DNA of 64,000 bases, from the NCBI RefSeq assembly GCF_963921235.1, contig NC_086122.1, positions 24,490,001 through 24,554,000 on the forward strand, in the 5' to 3' direction. The notes beneath the pieces are model-generated. The model was given only the letters and a program-made list of their open reading frames with translations, did no database searches and had not been told where the DNA came from. Shown in pieces: positions 13,095 through 25,170 of this stretch. Numbering within the stretch: the first letter of the stretch is position 1; each line of letters starts with the position of its first letter. Both the position numbers and the translations under genes were made by a program. Source of the DNA: Mobula hypostoma. Lineage: Eukaryota.

Positions 13095-13855
13095 CAGGAT
13101 TGAAGTAAGCTGCAGAGAGTTGTAAAATTAGTCAGGTCTGTCATGGGTGCTAGCCTCCGTAGTATCCAAGACATCTTCAAGGAGCTGTGCCTCAGAAAGG
13201 CAGCGTCCACCATTATGGATCCCCACCACCCAGGTCATGCCCTCTTCTCATTGTTACCATTAGGAAGGAGGTACAGAAGCCTGAAGCCACACACTCAACA
13301 ATTCAGGAACAGCTTCTTCCCGTCTGCCATTCGATTTCTAAATGGACACTGAACCCATGAACACTACCTCACTAGTTTATTATTTCTGCTTTGTTTTAAT
13401 TTAACTATATTATATATAAGAACATAAGAAATAGGAGCAGGAGTAGGCCGTCTGGCCCGTCAAGCCTGCTCTGTCATTCAATAAGATCATGGCTGATCTG
13501 GCCATGGACTCATCTCCACCTACCTGCTTTTTCACCATAACCCTTAATTCCCCCTACTATGCAAAAATCTATCCAACCTTGTCTTAAATATATTTACTGA
13601 GGTAACCTCCACTGCTTCATTGGGCAGAGAATTCCACAGATTTACCACTCTCCGGGAAATGCAGGTCCTCCTCGTCTTTGTCCTGAATCTACTACCCCGA
13701 ATCTTGAGGCTATGTCTCCTAGTTCTTAGTATATTTATGTATACATATATACAGTACTTACTATAATTCACATGTTTTTTCTATATTATCATGTATTGCA
13801 TTGTGCTGCTGCCGCAAAGTTAACAAATTTCACGATATGTAGTTCTGATTCTGAT
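13095..13855 (+). mobile_element. Rex/L2-like LINE 3' fragment interrupted by a minus-strand CR1 tail (about 13420-13725)
   Basis: DPHHPGHALFSLLPLGRRYRSL..FRNSFFPSAIRFLN. The nested piece reads HSLKIRG..FRT..VVNLWNSLP on the minus strand. Confidence 0.75.
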
Positions 13856-14283
13856 GATATGCTGCTCCTTGAGAGTGGAGTTTGGCTCCTAAATCAGCAG
13901 AGATCAGAAAATGGGTGAAATATGGCAGAAATCAAAGTCTGGAATGAGACAAATATGCTGAGCGTGACTGTGAACCCTGAACTGCAGAGGCAAAACAGCA
14001 AAGATCAAATGAGATTGTAGGAGGCCAGAAGTGTTACTCAGTGCCAACGAAGATTATTTTGTTTGTTGGAGGTCAATCACTCCATCACTATCACTCCAGG
14101 AGTTGCTCAGGGAAATGATCAACTTCAACAGCTTCATTAATGATCTTCCTTTGTTTAATGATGGTTGTACAATGTTCAATCCCATTCCTAACGAATGGAG
14201 CAGTTTCATGCATGCAGCAAAACCTGGGCAACATTCCAGCATAGCAAGTGACTTTCACACTACAGAGGTCCCAGGCACCAATC

Positions 14284-14615
14284 TGTCATGGCAAGTGTTA
14301 ACAGAAGTCTGAAGCCAGGTGCGGAGGAACAACAGACACCCATTTCGAGACAGAAACAAGAGTTTATTCACAGGAATTCCAGCAGAACATTGCTGGTTTG
14401 ACCGAGCAACACCACGAGACAAATCATTCTGGAAACACACGAGAACCCTGCAAACAGTGCCAATCGGGAGTTCGCTTTAAATAATTACAGTATGCTGAAA
14501 TCCCATGCCAGTCAAAATAAACTTGACAAGATTAAACAGAAAGCACAAGGGTTTAAGAACTCTAGATAAGACAACAATTAACAAATACAGGTGCCAGGCC
14601 CAAAGGCTAATGACA
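14284..14615 (-). mobile_element. Solo LTR (332 bp)
   Basis: TGTCA...TGACA termini. Identical 6-bp flanks CCAATC (14278-14283, 14616-14621). Minus-strand AATAAA near 14362. Confidence 0.75.
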
Positions 14616-15589
14616 CCAATCATCCCCAACAAGAATCTAACCACTTACCATTGTTATTCAATGGCATTACCATTGCGTGTTACATCATCAAAAGCCTGGG
14701 TTAGGTAGAGGAATATGACTGAACTGAAATTCAACTTTATCAGCCATATAGATATGTTTTTGGCGTTACAAAACATAAAACTAATTGAGAGAAAAACACA
14801 GAAGCTAGGAATAACTCATGTACTTCAGTGAGGTGTGCACACGTGACACGGTGGTGTAATGACGTATGTCATTCACGTACTTTTACATATGACCCATAAT
14901 AAATTATGTGAACACTAAAGAATGCTTAATCAAACAATATATTTACAGAATTACTCAGATATTACTGAAATATTAAATACAGAATATCTGTAACAGCAGG
15001 TCAGAGGTTGGGCAACCTTCAGCAATTGACTCACTTCCTGACATCCCAAGGTCTTTCTGCCTTCTGCAAAGAATAAATCACAAATGCTGTACAATTTATT
15101 TGGATGAGTGCAGTGTCAACTCTCAAAAAGCTGAATGTCAGCCAGAAAAAAAGCAACCTAATTGATAGTTCCATCATTCAATCACTATAAGCATTAATTC
15201 CCTCCAATATACAATGGTTGCAGTGCATACCATCTCCAAACTTCACTGCAGTTACCTAGGCTACTTCAAACATGGATTCTATCTGTAGGAAAACCAATGT
15301 CAACCATAGGAAAACCACCATCTAGTTGTCCTGCAAGTCACATACCTTCATCACCAGTTTTTCTTCATCATTGGGTCTAAATTATGAAAATCTCAGCCCA
15401 ACAACACTATAAAAAACATCTTCTCCAGAAGGACTGTTTAGTTCAGGTTAGATGTTTACAACTATCTTCTAAAGAGCAATTAGAAAAGGGGAATAAATGC
15501 TGGTGACCTCCCTTCAAATCCCAGAGAATGAATACAAAATGCAATACAGTTTGAATATATAACTTCAGAAATGGCAATATTTCAGAGGA

Positions 15590-16030
15590 ATTGGGGCTAT
15601 AAGGAAAGACTGAGTAGGTTAAGATTTTATTCCTTGGAACATAGAAGATTGAGGGGAGATTTGATAGAGGTAAACGAAATTATAAGGGGTATAGATAGGG
15701 TAAATGCAAGCAGGCTTTGTCCACTGAGGTCGGATGGGACTATGATGAGAGGTCATGGGTTAAGGGTGAAAGGTGAGAAGTTTAAGAAGAACACATGGTG
15801 AAACTTCTTCACTCAGAGATTTATGAGTGTGTGGAACAAACTGTCAGTGTAAGTGGTGCATGTGAGCTCAATTTCAACATTTTAGAGAAGTTTGGATAGG
15901 TGCATGGATGGTAGTGGTATGGAGGGCTATGGTCCAAGTGCAGGTCACTGGAAATAGGCAGTTTAAATGATTCGGCATGGTCTAGATGGGCCAAATAACC
16001 TGTTTTTTACGCTGTTCTTTTTCTATGACT
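15590..16030 (+). mobile_element. CR1 3' fragment
   Basis: YSLEHRRLRGDLIEV..RGIDRV. Same subfamily as 59135-59775. Confidence 0.8.
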
Positions 16031-18404
16031 TTAGATAAACCTGGTTGCTCTCCATTTAGTGAACAGACATACTTCAAGTCAATGATGACAAGAATCTCAC
16101 TGGAAATTAAATTTACATCTACTGCCCTGTTTTTTTTTTGTGTAAAACAAATGCTACTGAAAATGAACGTCCTATGGAACAGTGAGGAGTTTAATTTCCC
16201 AACAGGCATCAAGAAACTCACCTATATACAAAGGTTAAGTTGATTTTTAATAACACAGTACAATTCTTTTTGGAGTTATACTAGCATTGTGTGGTCTCAA
16301 TAGCTAACATGTTCTACTGTATTCTCATCAGCTTGCATATTTATAGAGAAGATCAATGTCTGCTGAAGACAGTTGGATTTTTAATTGTAAGATAAGTTTT
16401 GTGACCAAGTGAGAAAAGCTTGGAACCTCTGGAAGATATAACAAATAAATTCCGTAAGATTTACATCTGCTGGACTTGCGTAAAAGGACTGGAGGATAAC
16501 ATACACAAATTAGGGTTGCTTTAGAATTGATTTGCTCTGCTTCCAACCTGGCAACCAGCCGGACAATGAGAAAGCCTTTTGGGGGAAAGCCTGTAGTTCA
16601 GAATCACTTTATTGCTAGTATGTGAAACATAATGGAACTGTGGTTTGGGTGACAAGCTTAGACCACAGGGTGATACCATAACAGACAACACAACAGCAAC
16701 CAACAATTCACAAGATAATAGTGCCAAGAGCCATGAGCAATCAATTAGCAGAATGGTCACATGCACAAACATCAATAATATTTTTAAAAATGTGAACATA
16801 TGAACAGATACAATAATTATCAACAGAACAAGGTAGTGGGAAAGACCATTTAACAATGTTGTGCGGGGACAGTGAGGGTATTACACCCGAGTGAGTTTTG
16901 TTGAGAAGCTGGATAACTACAGGAAAGAAGCCTCAGAGATGATGTCTCATCCTGGTGGTGATGGACTTGTAGCATCTCCCTGATGGCAATTTGGTGAGCA
17001 GGTGACTGCTAGGGTGGGCCGAGTCAGCAGCCATTTTTCAGCTCTTTCCTTCGCTCTGGTGATGAACAGGTCTTTTAATGGTGGTAGCTGAGAGCCAATG
17101 TTCTTCTCCGTTGTGCAAGGAGATAGCGCCAGCGAGCAATGCTACTACAGGTGACATCTGCCAGGCGGTCCAGAAAACTGTTTCTTCCACTTTTACATAT
17201 TCTTTTTCCTTTCAAATGTGGTTCTATTTCTGTTGGAGCCTGTGATCTACAGTTTGGTGGTATGTTTTCAGGCAGTCGAGCGATCTGGCGCTTTGCTGTC
17301 TCCGAGGAGGTTCTGGGAGGCGATCAGCCTTGAGGCCAAGAAGCTTAGAGACCATGATCGACTCCTTTTCCTACTGATCTTGTTGAATAAAGCATCAAGG
17401 AAGATAGAAACTATCAAGGCAAGTGTGAAGGACGAGCGAGTGTTCAGTATCGTCTACCAGACCCTCGCTCACTGCTGCCAGAGGAAGGTGTCTGCATGTG
17501 ACAGTCGCTCTCTCCCTCTCGCTTACTGCTCCCAAGGGAAGCAGTACCATCCTCCCTCGATGCTGTCGGAGGATGGTACCAAAGTACAGTAATGGGACTG
17601 CAGTTTGTGTTGCTATTTTTGGGTGACTTTGAATCGGGACGCCCTGCAGATAACCAACACTGAGCTGAACTGAATATGGACTCTTCGATTTTGTGTTTTA
17701 TATTCTGTGCCTTCACCCGTTTTATCTTGTTGCTGTTTGCGTGATTTGTTTTTGGCATGCGGAGGGTTGAGGTTCTTGCTGCCATTTGCGCAATTTGTTT
17801 CTTTGGGTTGATGTTTTTCTTTGGACAGGTTCCATGGTTTTCTTTGTTTGGTGGATGTCTGTGGAGAAGACAAATCTCAGGGTTTGTACACGGCATTAAT
17901 ACTTTGATAACAAGTGCGCTTCGCATCCTTTGACCACTTGCTGAAACCTGGACTTTGAGAGGGAGGAGGCATGGGGAATTGAAGCACTGAGAATAATATT
18001 CAACAATCCAGAAGATTGAAGTGTGGAAGAGTACACTGTGCAAAGTGGAAAAGAGCGAAGGAAGAAGGTGGGAGGTGGTGTTGTGTAAAGGATCCATGTC
18101 AGGTTAAGCATCATCATTATTGGAAGCAGAGCCCAAGCAGGACAAATCAGACTGAGGCAGGTTTGCTTGTAAACCTGGGGAATAAGTTACTGCTTCCTTT
18201 TGCCCACCGGTACTACTGGAAACATCTATTTTTTGGGTTTTTACAGTTTACCTCCACCTTAAATTGCTCTGGACTATTAGCCACTAATTCCAAGTTAATG
18301 ACAAAATGTATGCTGCGGAGTCTTATTTAAATATTGTAATTAGAGTACAGCCTCCCAGAGAAGTTATTTTGGCTGAAGCCAAACTTTTTATAACTAAATT
18401 AAGG

Positions 18405-20075
18405 GATATTAAGGGATTGGACACGCTAGAGGCAGGAAACGTGCCCGATGTTGGGGGAGTCCAGAACCAGAGGCCACAGTTTAAGAATAAGGGGTAGACA
18501 ATTTAGAACGGAGTTGAGGAAAAACTTTTTCACACAGAGGGTTGTGGTTCTGTGGAATGCTCTGCCTCAGAAGCCAGTGGAGGCCAATTCTCTGGATTCT
18601 TTCAATAGACAATAGACAATAGACAATAGGTGCAGGAATAGGCCATTCGGCCTTTCGAGCCAGCACCACCATTCACTGTGATCGTGGCTGATCATCCACT
18701 ATCAGTATCCAGTTCCTGCCTTATCCCCATAACCTTTGATTCCACTATCTTTAAGAGCTCTATCCATCTCTTTTTTGAAAGCATCCAGAGACTTGGCCTC
18801 CACAGCCTTCTGGGGCAGAGCATTCCATATATCCTCCACTCTCTGGGTGAAAAAGTTTTTCCTCAACTCCGTTCTAAATGGCCTACCCCTAATTCTTAAA
18901 CTGTGACCTCTGGTTCTGGACTCACCCATCAGCGGGAACATGCTTCCTGCCTGCAGCATGTCCAATCCCTTAATAATCTTATATGTTTCAATAAGATCCC
19001 CTCTCAGCCTTCTAAATTCCGGTGTATACAAGCCCAGTTGCTCCAATCTTTCGACATATGACAGTCTCACCATCCCAGGAATTAACCTTGTGAACCTAGG
19101 CTGCACTCCCTCAATAGCAAGAATGTCCTTCCTCAAATTTGGAGACCAAAACTGCACACAGTACTCCAGGTGTGGTCTCACCAGGGCCCTGTACAGCTGC
19201 AGAAGGACCTCTTTGCTCTTATACTCAATTCCCCTTGTTATGAAGGCCAGCATGCCATTAGCTTTTTTCATTGCCTGCTGTACTTGCATACTTGCCTTCA
19301 GTGACTGATGTACAAGAACATCTAGATCTCGTTGTGCTTCCCTTTTTCCCAACTTGACTCCATTTAGATAATAATCTGCCTTCCAATTCTTACCACCAAA
19401 GTGGATAACCTCACACTTATCCACATTAAACTGCATCTGCCATACATCTGCCCACTCACCCAGCCTGTCCAAGTCACTCTGCATTCTCATAACATCCTCC
19501 TCACATTTCACACTGCCACCCAGCTTTGTGTCATCAGTAAATTTGCTAATGTTACTTTTAATTCCCTCATCTAAATCATTAATATATATTGTAAACAGCT
19601 GCAGTCCCAGCACTGAACCCTGCGGTACCCCACTGGTCACCACCTGCCATTCTGAAAGGGACCCGTTAATCGCTACTCTTTGTTTTCTGTCAGCCAGCCA
19701 ATTTTCAATCCATGTCGGTACTCTGCCCCCAATACCATGTGCCCTAATTTTGCCCACTAATCTCCTATGTGGGACTTTATCAAAGGCTTTCTGAAAGTCC
19801 AGGTACACTACATCCACTGGCTCTCCCTTGTCCATTTTCATAGTTACATCCTCAAAAAATTCCAGAAGATTAGTCAAGCACGATTTCCCCTTCGTAAATC
19901 CATGCTGACTCAAGGAAGAGTTAGATAGAGCTCTTAAAGATACTGGAGTGAAGGGATATGGGGAGAAGGCAGGAAAAGGGTCCTGATTGTGGATGATCAG
20001 CCATGATCACAGTGAATGGTGGTGCTGGCTCGAAGGGCTGAATGGCCTACTCCTGCACCTATTGTTTATTGTCTA
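18405..20075 (+). mobile_element. CR1 3' fragment split by an antisense CR1
   Basis: Host reads ...ctggattctttcaa (18604) and resumes ggaagagttagatagagc (about 19914), ending in an ATTGTCT-like tail. Confidence 0.8.
18605..19912 (-). mobile_element. Young 5'-truncated CR1 with an uninterrupted 403-codon RT ORF (18702-19913)
   Basis: QHGF..SCLTNLLEFF, YLDFQKAFDKVPH, SGVPQGSVLG, KFTDDTK and an (ATTGTCT)n tail. Confidence 0.93.
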
Positions 20076-20654
20076 AATCTGAAGTAGATATGGTCATTAC
20101 TAGTTGAGATCTAAATTGTTTAATGTTTCTCAATTTTAACTACTTAACCACTTTCCTCTGAACTGACTGAAGAATATTATAGTTTTAATTATTGGCAAGT
20201 GGTTTCAGCCCCGAGGTTAGAATGAAGAAATATTTCTTCGGGCAAGAGGTGGAGAGGAACCTTGATGGTAATGCGCAGGATCATGATGAAGCTACATAGT
20301 ACAAATAGAGAGAAATTATTCCCAGTGTAGTATGGCTGAATGACAAGGGGTTATGGTTTTTATGTGAAGAGCATAAGCTACAGAAGTGATGACCTGGGAC
20401 TCCAGCCTTTATATGCAATGGAAACAAGGTCAATCAGTCCTTTCAAAAGGTATTTGAATACACATTTAATTGTATTGACTCTGATGAAAGAACACAGCAA
20501 TGGAACTGAATATTTTGCTCTCAGGGAGTCAGGATAGAGTGGGTGGGGTAAATGGCTTCCTTCTGCACTTACGATTATATAATATGAGTTTGATATTGCA
20601 GGGCTGACCAAATTACACATTATAAAAAAGTTTTCAAGCATATTTATCTGCTTT

Positions 20655-21330
20655 GCGGAGGGGCGTCCATTTAAAGCAGAGATGGGAAGAAATTTCATTA
20701 GCCAGGGGGTGGTGAATTTCTGGAATGCATTACCACAGGCAGCTGTGGAGGCCAGGTCGTTGGGTGTATTTAAGGCAGAGCTTGATAGGTTCTTGATTGG
20801 ACATGGCATCAATGGTGACGGGGGGGAGGGGGGAAGGCCGGGGAGTGGGGCTGAGGAGGGGAGAAAAGGATCAGCCATGATTGAATGGCAGAGTAGACTC
20901 AATGGGCCAAATGGCCTAATTCTGCTCAATAGGCGATAGTCAGGAGTAGGCCATTTGGCCCTTCGAGCCAGCACTGCCATTCACTGTGATCATGGCTGAT
21001 CATCCACAATCAGTACCCAGTTCCTGCCTTATCCCCATAACCTTTGATTCCGCTATCTTTAAGAGCTCTATCCATCCCTTTCTTGAAAGCATCCAGGGAC
21101 TTGGCCTCCACGGCCTTCTGGGGCAGAGCATTCCATATATCCTCCACTCTCTGGGTGAAAAAGTTTTTCCTCAACTCCGTTCTAAATGGCCTACCCTTAT
21201 TCTCAAACTGTGGCCTCTGGTTCTGGACTCACCCATCAGCGGGAACATGCTTCCTGCCTCCAGCGTGTCCAATCCCTTAATAATCTTATATGTTTCAATA
21301 AGATCCCCTATGTCTTATGGTCTTATGGTC
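20655..21330. mobile_element. Plus-strand CR1 3' end with an antisense CR1 3' end (about 20927-21308) inserted in its tail
   Basis: Host ...aattctgctc | cctatgtcttatggtcttatgg. The insert closely matches about 18620-18998. Confidence 0.85.
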
Positions 21331-21719
21331 TAATCTGCATGTTACTTTGCTGGGTTTTGATTGTGAAGTGCTGCCAAAGGTAGAATATTGTCATTATGTC
21401 TACTAATAATGTATTCACCATTATATAAAGTTCATTAAAATATTTCAGGATAGCCATGCTAATGTGTATTTTTTCTAAGGACAGTATAACAGCTTTTTGC
21501 TGTGGATGATTCTGTTGACATATATATTAGACTGGTACGTTGTCGCTACATCAGGATAGAAGGAGATGGGGAATAGGGCAGTCATGTTGCCTGATTACTT
21601 TTGAATCTAATAATTAAAATTCTTCTATTTATCTATTTCTATAAAATTATGTCAGGTTCCCAATGACAATCATTATTACTGGACTGCATGCTTTTGATCA
21701 CCACACTCTGGGTTTCACT

Positions 21720-22076
21720 ACGCCTGGGTGGCCTCCAACCTGATGGCATGAATATTGATTTTTCCTTCCTGTAAACCCCTCTGTTCCCACTCTGACCTTT
21801 TACCTCTTCTCACCTGCATATCACCTCCTCCTCCTTCCCCTTTCTCCTACGATCCACTCTCCTCTCCTATCAGATTCCTTCCACTCCAGCCCTTGACCAC
21901 CAACCTGGCCTCACCTATCACCTTCTAGATTATCCTCCTCCCCTCCCGCAACTTTTCAATCTGGCTTCTTCCCCCTTTCTTTCCAATCCTGATGAAGGGT
22001 CTCAGCCCGCGAAGTCAACTGTTTACTCATTTCCATAGATGCTGCCTGATCTGCTGAGTTCCTCCAGTATGTTGTG

Positions 22077-22134
<58 letters not shown>

Positions 22135-22140
22135 GCTTTC
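21720..22140 (+). mobile_element. Penelope-like 3' fragment containing an expanded (TG)n tract (22074-22132)
   Basis: RLGGLQPDGMNIDF (GIY-YIG C-terminus), pyrimidine-rich UTR and CTGATGAAGGGTCTC. Confidence 0.85.
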
Positions 22141-22263
22141 AACATATGGTTGTCCAATTACTGTGGCAAGATGATAAATATATTCTGTGCTTAAAACCGA
22201 CTTGAATTTCTCAGATGAATAAGAAAATGTTTCATAGTGGGGTTGCAGTACCAATCAAGTTCA

Positions 22264-22758
22264 TAGAATTGAACATAGAATTCTCCAACTTCCGGTAATT
22301 CCCTCCCCCTATCCCTGTGTCACTCTGCCCCCTCCCCCAGCTGCCTACCACCTCCCTCATGGTTCCGCCTCCTTCTACTACCCACTGTGTTTTCCCCTAT
22401 TCTTTCTTCACCTTTCCTGCCTACCACCTCCCTCATGGTTCCGCCTCCTTCTACTACCCACTGTGTTTTCCCCTATTCTTTCTTCACCTTTCCTACCTAT
22501 CACCTCCCTGCTTCCCCTCCCCCACCCCTTTATCTTTCCCCTTACTGGTTTTTCACCTGGAACCTTCCAACCTTCTCCTTCCCACCCTCCTCCCACCTTC
22601 TTTATAGGGCCTCTGCCCCTTCCCCCTACAGTCCTGACGAAGGGTTCCGGCCCAAAACGTCGACTGATCGTTTCCATGGATGCTGCCTGACCTGCTGAGT
22701 TCCTCCAGCGTGTTGTGAGTGTTGCTTTGACCCCAGCATCTGCAGATTATTTTGTGTT
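22264..22758 (+). mobile_element. Penelope-like 3' fragment, second subfamily, with an internal ~77-bp tandem duplication
   Basis: NIEFSNFR* then UTR. Hammerhead motif at 22629-22666. 15-bp TSD taccaatcaagttca at 22249-22263 and 22759-22773. Confidence 0.88.
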
Positions 22759-23454
22759 TACCAATCAAGTTCAGCTAGGCCATATGGTTCTCTCAAGGCA
22801 ATTCTTGATCATGATTGCTTTTGTCAAGGAATTAGTTGTGAATAGGAACATTAATCATGCATTGCATCACTCTAGCCCAGGTTCTGAACTGCCGCCAAAG
22901 GTGCATTTCTATTCCGCACTTCAAGATCATGATTAAAACTGCAGAATACCGCAGCAAAAATGCACGCTGTGTCCTTCTTTATGCCACTTCAAGTTAATGA
23001 ATATGTATACAGATGAGTAGTTAATCACAGTGTTGAATTTTTTTTGAAGAGAAAAATCATTGGATAAAGCATGGCTGCAATTCCAATTCTCACCCAAACA
23101 AAATGTACACCTGAACTCTTGATATAATTTAGTTAAACCCTTTTCCTGTGTAAGCTGCAGCGTATGCACAAAGTGGAATTCATAAGCAATCCATATCGGT
23201 TCAAATATCACGTTCTGCTTTAATTGCTCCCTTTAATAATGCATGCAGATAAACAAGAATGTGGAATAAGCTGCTATTTCTTATCGTCACCCTCAGTAAA
23301 AGCTGAACAAGGTCCAATGATCAGGATTTACCAAACATGGTATCACAGGAGACTGGAAATTCAATTATAAATATATATCACAGCTAACAAAATGACAACG
23401 AATAGATCAAGAGTATACAACAGCCCATAGGTTAAAGCAAGGATTTTTATATCT

Positions 23455-24415
23455 AAAATACAGGTGCTGGAAATCCATAAGTCTCAGCGGATTAGGCAGC
23501 ATCTGTGAAAAGAGAAACAGAGTTTACATTTCTGCTCTAAGTCCTGTCAGCAGCATTGAAGAAAAAATGAGAAAATGGTTTAAATTATGGAGAAGGTTGG
23601 GGGGGCGGGGGGGTGGGGGTTGGGAGGAATGAATAGGTCAAAGTGAACCAGTGATAAGGTGAGGCCAAGGTTACCAGGAAGGTAAGTTGTAGTGGTCCTC
23701 CAGATAGTGGGTTAATGGGGGTCAGTGGGGAGTAGTAATATAAATACAGAAATGTAGATTTTTGTGAAATAAAGAGTAATGTCTTGTGGAGTAGCACCTT
23801 CAGTCCAGGCATGATGCAGCCCAACAGACTCATTTTCAAATTTTACAACTTCTGCTAATTTGCTTTCTCTGCCTGCATCAGATTTGGTCTTTTCTTCTGT
23901 TGGTCACCCATCGGTGGTTCTGGCTCAGCTTTGCTCTTCATTAACAGAGTCCGACCCGCTGGGCTTCTTTCGTAGCTCTGCATCTCATAACATTTTAATC
24001 AGAATCAGATTTAATATCACCGGCATATGCCATGAGATGTGCTTTGTGGCAGCAGTACATTACAATACATTGACTGCAAAGCTATAAATTACAGTAAGGA
24101 GTATATATAAAAAAATAAATTAAACAAGTAAGTGTGAAATATTTATTATTGTGCTTTGTGCTTTCAAACTGTTCTGATTAACCCAATGGAGAGAAAAACA
24201 CTACAATTTATCCCCATGGTAATCCCATCTTCACCCTGTTGTAGATTTTTACTTCGTCCTCTACATGCCTTCTCCCACCTTTCCTGTAAGTTAAAACTAA
24301 CTTGTTTTTCTCTCATTCCCAGTGTTGATGAAGGTGCTTGACCAGAAATGTTAACTCTGTTTCTCTTTACACAGACACAGCCTGACCTGCTTGCCAACAT
24401 TTGCTGTTTTTATTA
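23455..24415. mobile_element. Old Penelope-like remnant with inverted arms
   Basis: Minus arm near 23455-23560. Plus arm has QPNRL..FYNFC* at about 23820-23858 and TTGATGAAGG..GAAATGTT at about 24326-24352. Confidence 0.55.
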
Positions 24416-25170
24416 TCTTTAAACCTCATTTGTAAAAGTTAACAGAACTTTTGTTTGCACCAGTTCTTGGACCATTCAGCAAAGCTATTACTATGTACAA
24501 AATACATTGATAAAAGACGTTCATGTTGTCATAATCTCTTCTGGTTTGTCTCAGTAGACCTGTTTTAACTGGACGAGAATCCATCATTTGCAAACAAATT
24601 ACTGTTTACAACAAGAAATTATGATCCAATGAGAAATTCTAATAAAGTTTCTCATTTCAGAGGCTGTTCTGTATTACCTCTAAGATTAATTTGCCAAGAT
24701 GTTTTTCACACTAACTCTATAGAATAGATACTTGTTTCTTGAAATGGTGCTACAGAATTAAAAATCCATTGAAGAACTTATGCAACACAGTCATATATAT
24801 ATACTGTTATTCAAGTGAATGCATAAGAGGGCTGTTAACATTTTGAAATACTGGTTAAATTGACACAAAAGTCAGGAATATGTAGCAATATTTTCTTCAA
24901 GAAGAGTTGGCAAATGTGATTCTTAAATTCTGTAACATATCTGAAGTATCAGTAAAACGAAATGCTATGAGTAGGTGAATTAGGATCACTTGACGCCTAA
25001 AGGTGTAATCTCTTGGCAGAAGTCCCCTATTGCGTGAATCAAAATAAGTACCATCAGCTGGAGAGTTCTTCCTCTTTGCATAAGTTGTTGTTCTGAAAGT
25101 CTATTGTTCAGGCAGTCAAATATTTCACTCAGGCAAGGTGGGAGAGGTACTACATTCTGACCTGTATTTC

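Noticed and set aside
17444-18097. 217-aa ORF and the many other 60-200 aa ORFs
   Set aside because: They span repeat junctions or are antisense or shifted frames of mobile elements, with no recognisable domains.
18702-19913. 403-aa RT ORF as a domesticated gene
   Set aside because: It is 5'-truncated with a CR1 tail, nested in another CR1 and near-identical to a sibling copy. It is simply young.
1-25000. Exons of FUCA1 or another syntenic neighbour
   Set aside because: I recognised no fucosidase-like peptide. Small exons could be missed by eye.
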